A stretch of DNA of 64,000 bases from Bryobacterales bacterium (GCA_040902925.1 JBBDWJ010000262.1:12768-76767); one strand, 5' to 3'; shown: positions 8,097-19,116, numbered from the stretch's first letter. A program made the numbers and translations. Notes: a model not told the origin generated them from the letters alone.

Positions 8097-10781
8097 TTAT
8101 CCTGTCCGGGGCCGATACGCCCGCAGCCGCAGGCTGTTTGTGACCACCGAAACGCTCGAGAAAGCCATCGCCGCCGAGGCCACGATCGGCGAGAGCAACC
8201 AGCCCGTCCAAGGGTAAAACACGCCAGCGGCAATGGGAATTCCCACCACGTTGTAGGCGAAAGCCCAGAACAGATTCTGGCGGATTGTCTTCAGGGTACG
8301 CCGCGAAAGTTCAATCGCGGCGGCAACGTCAGCCAGCCGGTCGCGCACCAGGATCATGTCGGCCGTCTCGATCGCGACGTCGGTGCCGGCGCCGATGGCG
8401 ATGCCCAGATCCGCCTGGGCGAGCGCCGGCGCGTCATTGACTCCGTCGCCCACCATGGCGACCGCGTGGCCTTCCGCTTGCAGCCGGCGCACTTCCGCGG
8501 CTTTACGGTCGGGCAGCACCTCGGCCAGGACTCTCTCAATCCCGACTTCGGCCGCGACGGCCCGCGCCGTCTGCTGATTGTCGCCGGTGATCATTACGAC
8601 CTCAAGACCCATCTCTTTCAGGCGCCCAACCGCTTTAGCTGCGTCCGGCTTTGGCGTATCCGCGAGAGCCACCAGCCCGGCAATCTTTCCGTCGATCGCC
8701 GCAAACACCACGGTCTTGCCTTGCTCGGCGAGACGATCAGAGGCCTGTTGCGCGGCCGTCACGTCCACGCCGTTGTCGGCGAGGAGCTTCTTCGTGCCGA
8801 TCAACCACCGCTTACCGCCGACTTGAGCGCTGACTCCGTTTCCGGGTAGCGAGTCGAACGATTCCGGATCCGCAACGCGAAGGTTCGCCGCCCGGGCGCG
8901 CTCGACAATGGCTTCGGCGAGCGGGTGCTCCGAGCGCTGCTCGGCGGAAGCGACGGCAACCAGAAACTGCTCCTCGGAAAGCTCGCCGAAAGTCATGATG
9001 TCGGTCACTCGAGGCTCGCCGGCGGTGATCGTGCCCGTCTTGTCGAGAACAACCACGTCGATCTTGTGAGCGACTTCGAGCGCGCCGCCGCTCCGGATCA
9101 AAATGCCGTTCTCGGCGCCGCGCCCAATCCCGACCATCACAGCCGTCGGCGTCGCCAGACCCATGGCGCAGGGGCAGGCGATGATCAGCACGGCTACCGC
9201 GTTGAGCACGGCCATCCGCAGAGCGATCTCGGGCGGCGCAAGCATGTACCAGGCGAGGAAGGTCACCACCGCGATGCCGATCACGATCGGGACAAAATAA
9301 CCGCTGATCACGTCAGCCAGGCGCGCGATCGGAGCCTTCGAGCCTTGCGCCTTCTTGACCAGCTCGATGATCTGCGCGAGCGCTGTCTCACTGCCGACCT
9401 TACGTGCCTCCAGCCGAAAGCTGCCGGTCTTATTCAGCGTGCCGCCGAACACTTCATCGCCCGGAGATTTGGCCGCCGGGATGCTCTCCCCGGTCAGTGT
9501 GGACTCATCGACCGCCGAGCGGCCGTCAACTACGACGCCGTCCACCGGGATCTTCTCGCCCGGCCTCACGACGACGATATCGCCTACCTGGACCTCTTCC
9601 AAGGGGATCTCGGTCTCTTGCCCGTCGCGCACCACGCGCGCCGTTTTAGGGCGCAAGCCCATCAGGCTGCGAATGGCCGACGACGTTCGACCCCGCGCGC
9701 GCGCTTCGAGCAGACGCCCGAGCACGATCAACACGATGATCGCGGCCGCGGTCTCGAAGTAGACCGGCGCCTCGTGCGCCGCCGCCCCCGGAGCGATCCA
9801 GCCCGGAGTCATCGTGGCCACGGTGGAATACAGGAAAGCCGCGCCGGTGCCCACCGCGATCAAGGTGTTCATGTCAGCCGTGCCATGACGCGTCGCCAAC
9901 CATGCCAGCCGGTAGAATTTTCCACCGCCGTAAATCATCACCGGCACAGTGAGCGCCAGTTGGACCCAATGAACTCCGGGGAACGAGATCGCGCCGTGCG
10001 ACATCGCAATCACCAGCAGCGGCAGCGTGAAGATCGCCGAAACGATCAGCTTTCGCTTCCACTCCCGGGATTCTTGTTCGGAATCCTCCATGCCGTGGGA
10101 ATGTTCCGATGTTGCCTCGCGCGATTCATAGCCTGCCTCATCGATCGTCTGGCGGATTTTTTCCAACCCGGCCTGGCTCGGGTCAAAGGCCACCGACGCC
10201 GTGCCCGTCGCCAGGTTGACGTCGCATTCCGAAACTCCCGGCAGCGCCTTCACGCGCGATTCGATCGTATGCACGCAGCCGGCGCAGGTCATGCCGCGGA
10301 TCAGCAAGTCTGCTCGTTGCGTCACGCTAGCGGCTGCGGTGGACGGTTCAGCAGGCTCGGAAGCCGCCTTTCGCCGCGCAGCGGGTGCGGCCGGTATGAT
10401 CGTCGTGAGCGTTGTTGGCGCAGCCGATGGACGAGCCGCCGGGGCAATCGACATCAGGTTGCCGGAAGCCGGCACGCTCGTCCGCTTCGTGCTTGCGGGC
10501 GTGTTTTCCGCGACGGCATTGCCCGAGGAGTGCAACTCAGCCTGATAACCCGCGGCGCGTACCGCGCCTTCGAGGTCCTCGACGGTGGCGCGCGCGGGGT
10601 CCATGCGAACCGTCGCTTGCGCGCCTGCCAAGTCCACCTCGACCGCGCCAACGCCGGGAACCGCCAGCAACGCCTGGCGCACCGTGTTCACGCAGCCGTT
10701 GCATGTCATCCCCGCAACCTTCAGCCGGGCGGTCTGTTGATTGCCGGCGGCATGTGTTTCCGTAGTTTGGTGAGCCATCAT
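8097..10781 (-). CDS. copA: copper-translocating P1B-type ATPase
   Basis: Two N-terminal HMA domains (GMTCNGC, GMTCAGC), plus TGES, the CPC motif ([11 protein letters not shown]), DKTGTIT and [10 protein letters not shown]. Confidence 0.95.
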   Translation of the reverse strand: MMAHQTTETHAAGNQQTARLKVAGMTCNGCVNTVRQALLAVPGVGAVEVDLAGAQATVRMDPARATVEDLEGAVRAAGYQAELHSSGNAVAENTPASTKRTSVPASGNLMSIAPAARPSAAPTTLTTIIPAAPAARRKAASEPAEPSTAAASVTQRADLLIRGMTCAGCVHTIESRVKALPGVSECDVNLATGTASVAFDPSQAGLEKIRQTIDEAGYESREATSEHSHGMEDSEQESREWKRKLIVSAIFTLPLLVIAMSHGAISFPGVHWVQLALTVPVMIYGGGKFYRLAWLATRHGTADMNTLIAVGTGAAFLYSTVATMTPGWIAPGAAAHEAPVYFETAAAIIVLIVLGRLLEARARGRTSSAIRSLMGLRPKTARVVRDGQETEIPLEEVQVGDIVVVRPGEKIPVDGVVVDGRSAVDESTLTGESIPAAKSPGDEVFGGTLNKTGSFRLEARKVGSETALAQIIELVKKAQGSKAPIARLADVISGYFVPIVIGIAVVTFLAWYMLAPPEIALRMAVLNAVAVLIIACPCAMGLATPTAVMVGIGRGAENGILIRSGGALEVAHKIDVVVLDKTGTITAGEPRVTDIMTFGELSEEQFLVAVASAEQRSEHPLAEAIVERARAANLRVADPESFDSLPGNGVSAQVGGKRWLIGTKKLLADNGVDVTAAQQASDRLAEQGKTVVFAAIDGKIAGLVALADTPKPDAAKAVGRLKEMGLEVVMITGDNQQTARAVAAEVGIERVLAEVLPDRKAAEVRRLQAEGHAVAMVGDGVNDAPALAQADLGIAIGAGTDVAIETADMILVRDRLADVAAAIELSRRTLKTIRQNLFWAFAYNVVGIPIAAGVFYPWTGWLLSPIVASAAMAFSSVSVVTNSLRLRAYRPRTG

Positions 10782-11287
10782 GCCCTCCTTCCCTGCCGTC
10801 TTCGAAGCCCCTGAGGACGAAGCAGGATTTGTTCGACCTTTGGCGTGTCCGCGTTTCGCGGCTGCAGGCTTTCAATGAGGCCGCAAATAACGCCGTCTTT
10901 CTCTCCGACACTTTGCCACGCGTCCACTGTTTCCTTGAGTTCGCGGCGATACCGCCGCAGTTCGGCAAGCCGGCGGTCCAGCGCGGCAAGTTTCTCCGCC
11001 GCCAGTCTTCTCACCTCAGCGCACGGCGCGCCTTTTCGGGAATCAGCGATGATCCTCGAGATCTCGTCGAGGTTGAACCCGATCGCCTGCGCCTTCTTGA
11101 TGAAATCGAGGCGCTCGAAAACTGCCTCGTCGTAGAGCCGGTAGCCGGCCTCGGTTCGCGTAACGGGCTCGAGCAGCCCGCGGCTCTCGTAGAAGCGCAG
11201 GGCCTCCACGCCGAGCGCTGAGCGGGCGGCTACTTCACCGATTTTCAGAAGCCGCGAGGAGGAAGTTTGCTTTTCTTTGATCGCCAC
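10778..11287 (-). CDS. MerR-family heavy-metal-responsive transcriptional regulator (CueR/HmrR-like)
   Basis: HTH region [26 protein letters not shown], a dimerisation helix, and Cys residues at about 89 and 135. The stop overlaps the copA start (ATGA). Confidence 0.9.
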   Translation of the reverse strand: MAIKEKQTSSSRLLKIGEVAARSALGVEALRFYESRGLLEPVTRTEAGYRLYDEAVFERLDFIKKAQAIGFNLDEISRIIADSRKGAPCAEVRRLAAEKLAALDRRLAELRRYRRELKETVDAWQSVGEKDGVICGLIESLQPRNADTPKVEQILLRPQGLRRRQGRRA

Positions 11288-11293
11288 GATCTC

Positions 11294-11325
11294 AGTGTAA
11301 ACCCTCTAGTCAGATATAGAGTCAA
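11294..11325 (-). promoter_or_regulatory. candidate MerR-type promoter/operator with a long spacer
   Basis: Minus strand reads TTGACT (11325-11320), a 20-nt spacer containing the dyad CTCTA-N8-TAGAG, then TACACT (11299-11294). This sits only 7 nt upstream of the regulator ATG. Confidence 0.4.
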
Positions 11326-11568
11326 GAGTTATTCTTCGATAGCTTTGCGGGCGTGTCAGGGCAGGGCCAGGGGCGAAGGCCCAATCACGGCCTCCCCGGC
11401 TGCTAACGGATTTAAAACAAAAGGTTTACGTATTGGATGGGAGAATCCGGCGTGGGCTTGCCAAAGTCGCCGTGGGCGCAGGCGCCCGTCACCAATTTGG
11501 TCGCTGACCGGTTTCGTAAGGCGGCGAGCCGCCGCTGAAGATGCGTTTTGAGCCAGGCCTGCGGCTTC

Positions 11569-12021
11569 TCAGAGCTTGGCGAGCAGTTCGTCCACGTGGC
11601 CGCTGACCTTGACTTTCTCGTAGACCTCGGCGATCTTGCCCTTTTCGTCGATGACAAACGTCGAGCGAATGATCGCCATGAACTTCCTGCCGTACATGGA
11701 CTTTTCGCCCCAGGCTCCGTAGGCCTCGGCGATCTCGTGCCCTTCGTCGGCCAGCAGAGGGAATGGCAGCTCGAATTTCGTCTTGAACTTCTGGTGGGAT
11801 GCGACACTGTCGGGGCTGACGCCGAGCACGACCGCGCCCTTGGTCTGGAAGCCCGCCATGGAATCGCGAAAGTCGCAGGCTTCCTGCGTGCAGCCGGGCG
11901 TGTCGTCCTTGGGATAAAAATAGAGGATGACTTTCTTGCCGCGGAAGTCTTTGAGGCTGACTTTCTCTCCGCGATCGGTCGTTGCTTTGAAATCAGGAGC
12001 CTTGTCGCCGGCTTTGAGCAT
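11569..12021 (-). CDS. bcp: thioredoxin-dependent thiol peroxidase (peroxiredoxin Bcp)
   Basis: Contains FYPKDDTPGCTQEACDFRD. The ATG at 12021 has AGGAGGA 5 nt upstream; the track ORF starts earlier, at 12069. Confidence 0.9.
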   Translation of the reverse strand: MLKAGDKAPDFKATTDRGEKVSLKDFRGKKVILYFYPKDDTPGCTQEACDFRDSMAGFQTKGAVVLGVSPDSVASHQKFKTKFELPFPLLADEGHEIAEAYGAWGEKSMYGRKFMAIIRSTFVIDEKGKIAEVYEKVKVSGHVDELLAKL

Positions 12022-12203
12022 GTGGTCCTCCTGCCAACCCCTGGAGACTCGAACGATTTCCCGGTGCAATAGGCGAGGCGAGCGCTTTGCGCTTTGGCGG
12101 CCTTCCTAACTCCCGCCAGCAGCCCGCAAGGTCTTAGCGAAGGGATTGGCGAAATCAACGCCGCCGCCGTTTGGTCACGCTCGCAACCCCGATGCGAGGC
12201 GGC

Positions 12204-15200
12204 CTAGTTGTCCTCGTCGTCGTCGTCGGCAGCGGCCGTTAGCCGCGGTTTGATGTTCTTCACCGCGAACGTAATCGTGTTGCTGGCGAACCGCTGTTGG
12301 AAAATCGCGAGCGTCGTATTCCGGTCGTCGGGCAGATCATCGTTGAGGCGCAAATTGACCTGGTAGATCCCGACCATGCCCGGCATCAATCCAACAAATT
12401 CCACTTGGGCCGTCTTTCCTCCGGCCAGCGAAGAAACGAAATCGGCGGCGTTGAGCGGCACGTTGAACAAGGGCGTGGACGGCGTCGGCTCGCCCGAATC
12501 CAACCCTTCTTCCGCCGGCTGCGGCGCTGTCAATCCGAGACCCGATCCCATGACGATGATGCTCTCTCCCGGCACCGCGGGGTTCGCCTCGGTCACCAGC
12601 GAGTAAGGCTCGCTGCCGCAACAGAGGTTGGTCGAGCGCCCAGTCACAACTAGCCGGCCCACGTCACTCGATTCGGCGGAATAAGTGATCTCGTTCGCCT
12701 GCGAACCGGGGTCGCGGGCGAGCAGAATCACGACCGGAGGCGTCTGGCCGCCGCGCAGGAAGTCCGGTTCCGGCCCTCCTTCTTCGTCATCCTCGCTCGC
12801 CGCGACGCTGGATTCCGCAGTGATCAGAGCTGTCGCGGGAGAAACCGCCACCGTAAACGTAATGTCGTTGCCGCTTGTGCCCAGGTCGCGAGCGACGACC
12901 TCCAGGCGGACGAGGCCCACATCCTCGAGGCGCCGCGCGTTGACTCCCGGATCGCCGAGCCCGTTCAGCTCCGGTCCCAGGTTGATCCGCTGCACCAGGA
13001 CATTGCGAACGATAAGGAGGGTATCGCCCTCCTTCACGGTATAGGTGTAGACGCGGTCCCCAATGAAGATGGAAACTGTGTCCCCAGCCTGGATCTCGCC
13101 TCCAAACTCCACCGTGGCGCGCGCCGAGAAGAAACCCTGCTCCCCGGGGACGGCCAAGACCTCCGGATCGCCCGAGCCGTTGTTGGAGTTGTTGATGAGG
13201 GCCACCATGGCGTCGCGAGCCGTACTGACCGTATCGTCCTGTTGGGTAACGTACAGATATTGGCGGCCGTTGATATTGATCGTTACATCCACGCCGGGCG
13301 GATCGATCACGAAACTGCCCTCGGAGCTGTCACCGCCGGTTTCGCCGGACGGAGTCGCCAGCGCGATCACGCCCTGCGCTTGCCCGGTGCCGTGCAAAAC
13401 AACGCCTTGGCGCGGCTCCAGGCCCGGGAAGGCGAACAGCCCCGGCGCGAAGCCCGTGGATGGCGTGGCGCGCGCGGCGCTTACCTGCGTTTCTCCTCCA
13501 GGCATCGTCCGCCGCACATAGACGCTGATGGTGGTTCCCTCTTTCTCCCAGGGCACCTGAAAATTGATCTGCTCGGGCGTCACCGAATACAGCGGGCTGA
13601 CAATGCCGTTGACGTAGACTTGCACTCCGCCAAGCTCGGTGGGAAGCTGCGCGGCGCCTTCCGCCGGCATGTAGACGCCGTCGGCCAGATTGTCACCAAA
13701 GATCGCCGACATCGTCCCCGGCGGCAACTCCCGGGCGTCGCTGCCAATTGAGAAACGGCTGCCCGAACTGGCAATCGACATTCCGCTCCCGGTGATCGCC
13801 GCTGTTAAACTCACGTCTTCGCCGACTGGTCCTTCGGCGACCGACACCAGCCGGATCGCATAAGGGAAAGACCCGCCGTCCAGCGACTCATCCGCTTCGA
13901 CGGTCAGCTTTGCGTCAGGCGAAAGCGTAGCCTGGACGGAGATTCCGTTCCCCGTGGGGCCAACGGTGCGGGAGGTAATCAGCAATGTATCCTCGGCATC
14001 GAACTCACGTTCGGCTATGACCAAAGGATCGGGACGGCCCTGGATCACGAAGATCAGGCGGTCCACCATGCGGGCCGGCGGGTCGCCCGCCTGCATTTCC
14101 GCTTGGTAAACCTGATCGCCGATTCGCAATGTCACGCTGTCGCCGGCTTGCGACTCACCGCCGAACTGGACGCGGGCGACCGCGTGAACGCCTTCGCCTT
14201 CGATCGGCAATCCGTAGACGGGCCCGCCCTGTTCCGCATCGACGTTGATGAGCGCGAGCGCGTTGTCGCGGACCGACAGGTTGGTGTCGCCCTCGACGAC
14301 CGTGTATTCGAATGCCCTTTCCGGGAAGCGCCTGTTGACATCACTGATCGTGATGGTGACCTCCTGCCCGACGCCGGGGTCGCCTGTGAAGGTCACCGAG
14401 GCAATCGAGTTGACCGTAAACGATGCGGCGTTACGCAACCCGTCCTGCGCGATCAGGTCTTCTCCCGGACTGAACACCAGAACGCGGCGGGAAAACGGAT
14501 CGGCCACGTAAAGATTGGTTCCGTCGTGGGCCAGAGCGGTCGGCGACCGGACGCTGCCGGCGCCGTCGGACTCCTCCACCGTTTGAAAGTCCGGCTGGCC
14601 GATCACGACATCGGCGGCGGCGCCGTTGGCGGCTGGAATTTCGTTGTAGACGAGAACGCGATCGTTGCCCCCATCGGCTATATAGAGCTTCTCGCCGTCC
14701 GACAGGGCGAACCGGGGAAAATTGAGGGTTTTCTCGCACCGCCGCGGGTATTGGCGCGGGTATACATCGTCGGAGTCGATGTCGCCATCTTCGTCGGTAT
14801 CGCTAGGGAGCTCGACGGGCACGCCGATTCCCGGCTGCGCGTCCTCCGGCAACAGCTCGCACATCTCCTGGCTGTTGTTCACCGCGCCCTTCTCCATATC
14901 CGGCTGGCCAATGACGATGTCGGCCGCGGCGTTGTTTTGCGTGGGAACGGCGTGAAAAATCAGCACCCGGTTGAATCCCAAATCGGCGACGAACATCCGG
15001 CCGTTGTTCACGGTCACCGAGACGGGATCGAGCATGCGATTGGCCTGCGGCTCGAAGTTCGATTGCGTCAGGTCGGGCTCGGGCCGTGTGTCGAAATCCT
15101 GTTGACCCACGACGATGTCGGCCGGGGCGCCGTTCGCGGCCGGGATCGAATTCCAGATCAGCACCCGCCCGTTGACGGTGTCGGAGACGTACAAGCGGCC

Positions 15201-15896
15201 GTTGTCGACCCACACTCCCTGCGGCCCGCGCAGGCCTTCGCGGCTGGTGGTGGCCAAGTTGCTTGTAAAGTCCGGCTGGCCCACCACCACGTCGGCCGCC
15301 TGGTTTGCGCTCGAGGGGATCTGGCGCCAGATCAGCACGCGATTGTTGTCGGTGTCGGATACCACCAGGACATTGCCATCGCTGGCCATGTGCGTCGGAT
15401 TCCGCAAACCCATTTGCGACAAATGCGCGTCGTGCGCCGTAAAATCGGTTTGACCCAGAACGACATCGGCCGTTCCCACGCAGGCCGGACACTTCGAGCC
15501 TTGCGGCAGTGCGTCCCCGGCGCTTGGGATGAAAGAGGAAAGGTTGTTGTAGACCAGCGCTCGATTGTTGCTTACCCTGGTATTCGGCGTTCCGCCTGTC
15601 ACGATCTCGCCACCCGACAGCGCGCCGATCTTGTTTCCGTCAGCCACGAACAGCCGTCCGCCCCCCACGGCAACTCCAGCGGCCGCGCCCAACGATTGAT
15701 TGCTCGGGTTGGGGCTCTGGCGTGTGAAGCTGCTTTGGCCGATGACCAGGCGGGCCCCTTGCCCGTTAACCCAGGTGGGTTCTCCGGCCGCGCCCCCTAC
15801 TAGAAGAGACATTCCAGCGAGGATGATCGCGGCCATCCGCAACATGGCGAAACGTTTTGGTTTTCGTGGAATCATTTGAAGTTGCCTTGAACGCAT
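12204..15896 (-). CDS. large secreted NHL-repeat protein with uncharacterised tandem modules and two TIGR03437-like domains
   Basis: 1230 aa with an N-terminal signal/TM. Repeated NNRVLIW / NGRVLIW / FNRVLIF / NDRVLVY blocks indicate an NHL beta-propeller. There are four V-x-I-x-I-x-x-R-x-Y...GDT...IN modules. LPTELGGVQVYVNGIVSPLYSVTPEQINFQVPWE and a C-terminal ...FVGLMPGMVGIYQVNLRL match the Solibacter C-terminal domain pattern. Confidence 0.8.
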   Translation of the reverse strand: MRSRQLQMIPRKPKRFAMLRMAAIILAGMSLLVGGAAGEPTWVNGQGARLVIGQSSFTRQSPNPSNQSLGAAAGVAVGGGRLFVADGNKIGALSGGEIVTGGTPNTRVSNNRALVYNNLSSFIPSAGDALPQGSKCPACVGTADVVLGQTDFTAHDAHLSQMGLRNPTHMASDGNVLVVSDTDNNRVLIWRQIPSSANQAADVVVGQPDFTSNLATTSREGLRGPQGVWVDNGRLYVSDTVNGRVLIWNSIPAANGAPADIVVGQQDFDTRPEPDLTQSNFEPQANRMLDPVSVTVNNGRMFVADLGFNRVLIFHAVPTQNNAAADIVIGQPDMEKGAVNNSQEMCELLPEDAQPGIGVPVELPSDTDEDGDIDSDDVYPRQYPRRCEKTLNFPRFALSDGEKLYIADGGNDRVLVYNEIPAANGAAADVVIGQPDFQTVEESDGAGSVRSPTALAHDGTNLYVADPFSRRVLVFSPGEDLIAQDGLRNAASFTVNSIASVTFTGDPGVGQEVTITISDVNRRFPERAFEYTVVEGDTNLSVRDNALALINVDAEQGGPVYGLPIEGEGVHAVARVQFGGESQAGDSVTLRIGDQVYQAEMQAGDPPARMVDRLIFVIQGRPDPLVIAEREFDAEDTLLITSRTVGPTGNGISVQATLSPDAKLTVEADESLDGGSFPYAIRLVSVAEGPVGEDVSLTAAITGSGMSIASSGSRFSIGSDARELPPGTMSAIFGDNLADGVYMPAEGAAQLPTELGGVQVYVNGIVSPLYSVTPEQINFQVPWEKEGTTISVYVRRTMPGGETQVSAARATPSTGFAPGLFAFPGLEPRQGVVLHGTGQAQGVIALATPSGETGGDSSEGSFVIDPPGVDVTININGRQYLYVTQQDDTVSTARDAMVALINNSNNGSGDPEVLAVPGEQGFFSARATVEFGGEIQAGDTVSIFIGDRVYTYTVKEGDTLLIVRNVLVQRINLGPELNGLGDPGVNARRLEDVGLVRLEVVARDLGTSGNDITFTVAVSPATALITAESSVAASEDDEEGGPEPDFLRGGQTPPVVILLARDPGSQANEITYSAESSDVGRLVVTGRSTNLCCGSEPYSLVTEANPAVPGESIIVMGSGLGLTAPQPAEEGLDSGEPTPSTPLFNVPLNAADFVSSLAGGKTAQVEFVGLMPGMVGIYQVNLRLNDDLPDDRNTTLAIFQQRFASNTITFAVKNIKPRLTAAADDDDEDN

Positions 15897-16133
15897 TGGC
15901 GCTGCCGCCGCTCCTCATACCGCACCGAATACCGCACCAATGCCCGCCGCCGGAACCCCGGCCCTCACCGGCCTTGGAGCTCTAGGCCTCAGGCCGGATC
16001 GCACCGCGGCCACGACGCCCCGAGGCCCTGCGGTCTCGGTTTCTTGCATCCAGCATTGCTTCTGATTGGGCGTCGGGCTGCAAGGCGGACAATGATGTGA
16101 GGACGGGCGGCCCCCGGGAGTGCCAAAACGGAC

Positions 16134-16517
16134 TTAAGTCTCTATCTTATTACGCTTAGGGCTGGAAAGTGGGTTCCTCAAGTACGAATCCTCGCCGCGC
16201 ACCCAGTCTTCGCGCACCGGCTGAAAGAAGTCCAGCGCCACCGAATCTTCGAGCGCTTCGACCAGATGCGGCTCATTCGCCGAGATCTGCATCATCTCCC
16301 CGGCCGACACCACCTGCTGGCTTCCTTCGAAATCGAACCGCAGAGAGCCTTCGACCACGCAGCTCAACTGCTCGTTGACATGGCTGTGGAGAGGGACAAT
16401 AGCCCCTTTTTTTAAGTAGATACGAGCAACCGTCAGCCCGTCGCCGTGCAGCACGCGGCGAGCGATTCCGGCGCTGAGCTGCTCGTGCTCGATGTCGTCC
16501 CAACGCTTGTGTTTCAT
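16134..16517 (-). CDS. cupin domain-containing protein
   Basis: 127 aa. GAIVPLHSHVNEQLSCVVEGSL...EPHLVEALEDS matches the two cupin motifs. Confidence 0.7.
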   Translation of the reverse strand: MKHKRWDDIEHEQLSAGIARRVLHGDGLTVARIYLKKGAIVPLHSHVNEQLSCVVEGSLRFDFEGSQQVVSAGEMMQISANEPHLVEALEDSVALDFFQPVREDWVRGEDSYLRNPLSSPKRNKIET

Positions 16518-16796
16518 GCTGAACTCAACTCCACAACGTCGCCTTTATCCCGGCGTCAATCAGGCTTGGCCGTCTACCCTGGGGCCGCCTGCGGCGGTCC
16601 TGGGATGCGCGGTGTAAATTTCGTGCCAGCCAACCGGGCGGGATCATTATACTGGGCTCGCGCCGCTGCCGGTAGGCGCGGCGTTCCGCGTCGCGGCAAG
16701 TGGTGACAGTTAGCCGTTAGTTGCGTGCAGCAGCGTTGGATGCGATATCGAAAATAATCCGGCGCCTCAAGTATGCTAGAATGAAATTAGAAACCC

Positions 16797-18113
16797 ATGA
16801 AAATAGGCAACTTAGCCTGTTCTTGGGGACGCATCGCGCTGCTGCTCGGCGTGGTGGCCGGCGCCCAGGCCCAGTCGGCCCGAATTTTGGAAATCGATGT
16901 CGACCGGGTCGTTCATCCTCTGACAGCGGAAATCGTCAGCCAGGGGCTAGCGCAGGCCGAGCGCGACAACGCCGCAGCCGTCCTCATTCGTCTCAACACT
17001 CCGGGTGGATTGCTGACCGCCACCCAGGAAATTATCCAAAAAGTCATCGCTTCGCCGGTGCCGGTGATCACCTATGTTTCCCCGAGCGGCGGGCGCGCCG
17101 CCTCCGCCGGGTTCATGATCCTGATCGCCGGCGATATTGCCGCCATGGCGCCGGGAACGAACACCGGGGCCGCTCACCCCGTCCTGATGGGGTCCGAGAT
17201 GGACGACATCATGAAGCAGAAGGTCAGCAACGACGCCGCGGCAGCCGTGCGGTCCATGGCCCAAAAGCGCGGCCGCAACGGCGAGATCGCCGAAAAAGCC
17301 GTGCTCGAAAGCCGCGCCTTTACGGAGGTCGAAGCACTCGATAACGATTTGATCGACCTGGTTGCTGACGATGCGTCTGCCCTGCTGCGCGAGTTGGATG
17401 GCCGCGCGATTACCCGTTTTCACGGCGAAGAGCACACTTTACGGCTGGCAGGCGCGGTTCTGTATCCGTTTGAGCTCAGCGTGCGGCAACGGGCCTTGCT
17501 GCCGCTCACCGATCCGGGTATCGCGTTCATTCTGCTGATTCTTGGGGTGCTTGGGGTCTATATCGAATTCACACACCCTGGGCTGATTTTCCCCGGCGTC
17601 GCCGGCGGCATCCTTGTCATCATCAGCCTGATGGCGCTTTCGCTGCTGCCCATCAACTGGGCCGGGGCTGCATTGATCCTGCTCGGGCTGGTCTGCTTCG
17701 TTCTCGAAGCAACGATGGTTTCGGGCGGCATCCTCGGTGCGGGCGGCGTTTTGGCCATGGTCCTCGGCACCGTCCTGCTCATTGATACCGAAGTGCCGGA
17801 ACTCGCAATTGGCTGGGGAACGGCCATCGCCGTCACGCTGCCGTTCGCCTTGATTACCGTTTTCTTGCTGCGTCTGGCGGTTCGGTCGTTCCGCTACAAG
17901 GTGGCTACCGGCGTCGAGTCGATGCTCGGCGAGGTGGGTGTCGCCAAGACGGATATCCATACCGAGGGCCGCGTTTTTGTTCACGGCGAGTGGTGGAACG
18001 CGCAGTCGGAGCAGCCAATTGTCGAAGGCGCCAAAGTCCGGATCGTGGGCGTCGATGGTCTATTGCTGAGTGTGGCCCCGGCCGAGGACGCAAAACTCGT
18101 TCGCGCCGATTGA
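16797..18113 (+). CDS. NfeD-family membrane-bound ClpP-class serine protease (long form)
   Basis: Signal peptide, a ClpP-like domain (LNTPGGLL...GGRAASAGFMI), four or five TM helices and a C-terminal OB-like NfeD domain. It lies directly upstream of an SPFH gene. Confidence 0.85.
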   Translation: MKIGNLACSWGRIALLLGVVAGAQAQSARILEIDVDRVVHPLTAEIVSQGLAQAERDNAAAVLIRLNTPGGLLTATQEIIQKVIASPVPVITYVSPSGGRAASAGFMILIAGDIAAMAPGTNTGAAHPVLMGSEMDDIMKQKVSNDAAAAVRSMAQKRGRNGEIAEKAVLESRAFTEVEALDNDLIDLVADDASALLRELDGRAITRFHGEEHTLRLAGAVLYPFELSVRQRALLPLTDPGIAFILLILGVLGVYIEFTHPGLIFPGVAGGILVIISLMALSLLPINWAGAALILLGLVCFVLEATMVSGGILGAGGVLAMVLGTVLLIDTEVPELAIGWGTAIAVTLPFALITVFLLRLAVRSFRYKVATGVESMLGEVGVAKTDIHTEGRVFVHGEWWNAQSEQPIVEGAKVRIVGVDGLLLSVAPAEDAKLVRAD

Positions 18114-18187
18114 CTCCACCCGGCTGCTCCGCTACTTTCAAGTCGCCCGGCCGCCGCGCATTTTCTTGACACGGGGAGGAGGACATC

Positions 18188-18997
18188 ATGGGACTAGACT
18201 TCGGTTGGCTCGTTTTTGTCGTCATCGGTCTTTATCTTGTGAACTGCATCAAGATTCTGGCTGAGTATGAGCGGGGCGTGATTTTCCGGCTCGGCCGGCT
18301 GCTCCCGCGGCCCAAGGGTCCCGGGTTGGTTTTGGTTTTCGCTCCCATCGATCGCATGGTGCGCATGTCGCTGCGGGTGGAAACCATGGAAGTGCCGTCC
18401 CAGGACGTGGTGACCAAAGACAACGTCACGGTCAAGGTCAGCGCGGTCGTGTTTTTCCGGGTGATCGACCCCCAGAAGGCCGTCGTCGAGGTTGCCCATT
18501 ACGTCCACGCGACCTCGCAGTTGGCTCAAACCCGCTTGCGGTCGGTGCTGGGCGAGGCTGACCTGGATGAGCTGCTGAGCCAGCGCGAGAAGCTCAACGC
18601 GCGCCTCCAGGGAACCCTCGACGAACATACCGGCCCGTGGGGCATCAAGGTGCAGGCGGTAGAGGTAAAGCATGTCGACCTGCCCGAGCAGATGATCCGG
18701 GCCATTGCACGCCAGGCCGAAGCCGAGCGCGAACGCCGCGCCAAGGTGATCCACGCCGAGGGCGAATTGCAGGCATCCTCGAAGCTGACCGAAGCGGCGG
18801 AAATGCTCGCCAAACAGCCCGTTTCCGTCACCCTACGCTATTTGCAGACGCTGACCGAAATCGGCGCCGAGAAGAACACCACCGTCGTATTCCCGCTGCC
18901 TCTCGACGTATACCGGGGGATGGCGGCCTGGGCGGACCAGCTCATCGACAAGCGTGTCGCCAGCAAGTCGCCGGGCGAAAAGACACCCCCCGAGTAG
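18188..18997 (+). CDS. SPFH/band-7 (stomatin-like, slipin) protein
   Basis: N-terminal TM followed by the stomatin core [12 protein letters not shown]...[14 protein letters not shown]...[18 protein letters not shown]. Confidence 0.9.
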   Translation: MGLDFGWLVFVVIGLYLVNCIKILAEYERGVIFRLGRLLPRPKGPGLVLVFAPIDRMVRMSLRVETMEVPSQDVVTKDNVTVKVSAVVFFRVIDPQKAVVEVAHYVHATSQLAQTRLRSVLGEADLDELLSQREKLNARLQGTLDEHTGPWGIKVQAVEVKHVDLPEQMIRAIARQAEAERERRAKVIHAEGELQASSKLTEAAEMLAKQPVSVTLRYLQTLTEIGAEKNTTVVFPLPLDVYRGMAAWADQLIDKRVASKSPGEKTPPE

Positions 18998-19116
18998 ATA
19001 TCCGATCAGGGCTTTTTGCAGCGCGGTTCCTTTTGCGCTACCGTTGAGGGCAAGGGCGTTTTAGTGAAACAAAGTAGCTCCAATATGGTTTGTCTAGAGT
19101 TACAATTGGAGTAGTT

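Noticed and set aside
8925-10814. 629-aa ORF on the plus strand
   Set aside because: It is antisense to copA, which has all P-type ATPase motifs. The translation is Arg/His/Asp-rich nonsense.
14103-15803. 566-aa ORF on the plus strand
   Set aside because: It is antisense to the NHL-repeat gene and has no recognisable motifs. The same reasoning applies to the other long antisense ORFs: 23585-24748, 29645-30823, 32164-33075, 34406-35389, 43582-44457, 45594-46376, 50065-50991, 53710-54354, 55414-56280, 58269-59105, 59211-59927, 62008-62796 and 62556-63731.
16690-16720. gcaagtggtgacagttagcc, a possible further copy of the CCAAGTGG-GACAGGC repeat family
   Set aside because: Only the first ~13 nt resemble the family terminus. 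There is no palindrome and no inverted partner nearby.
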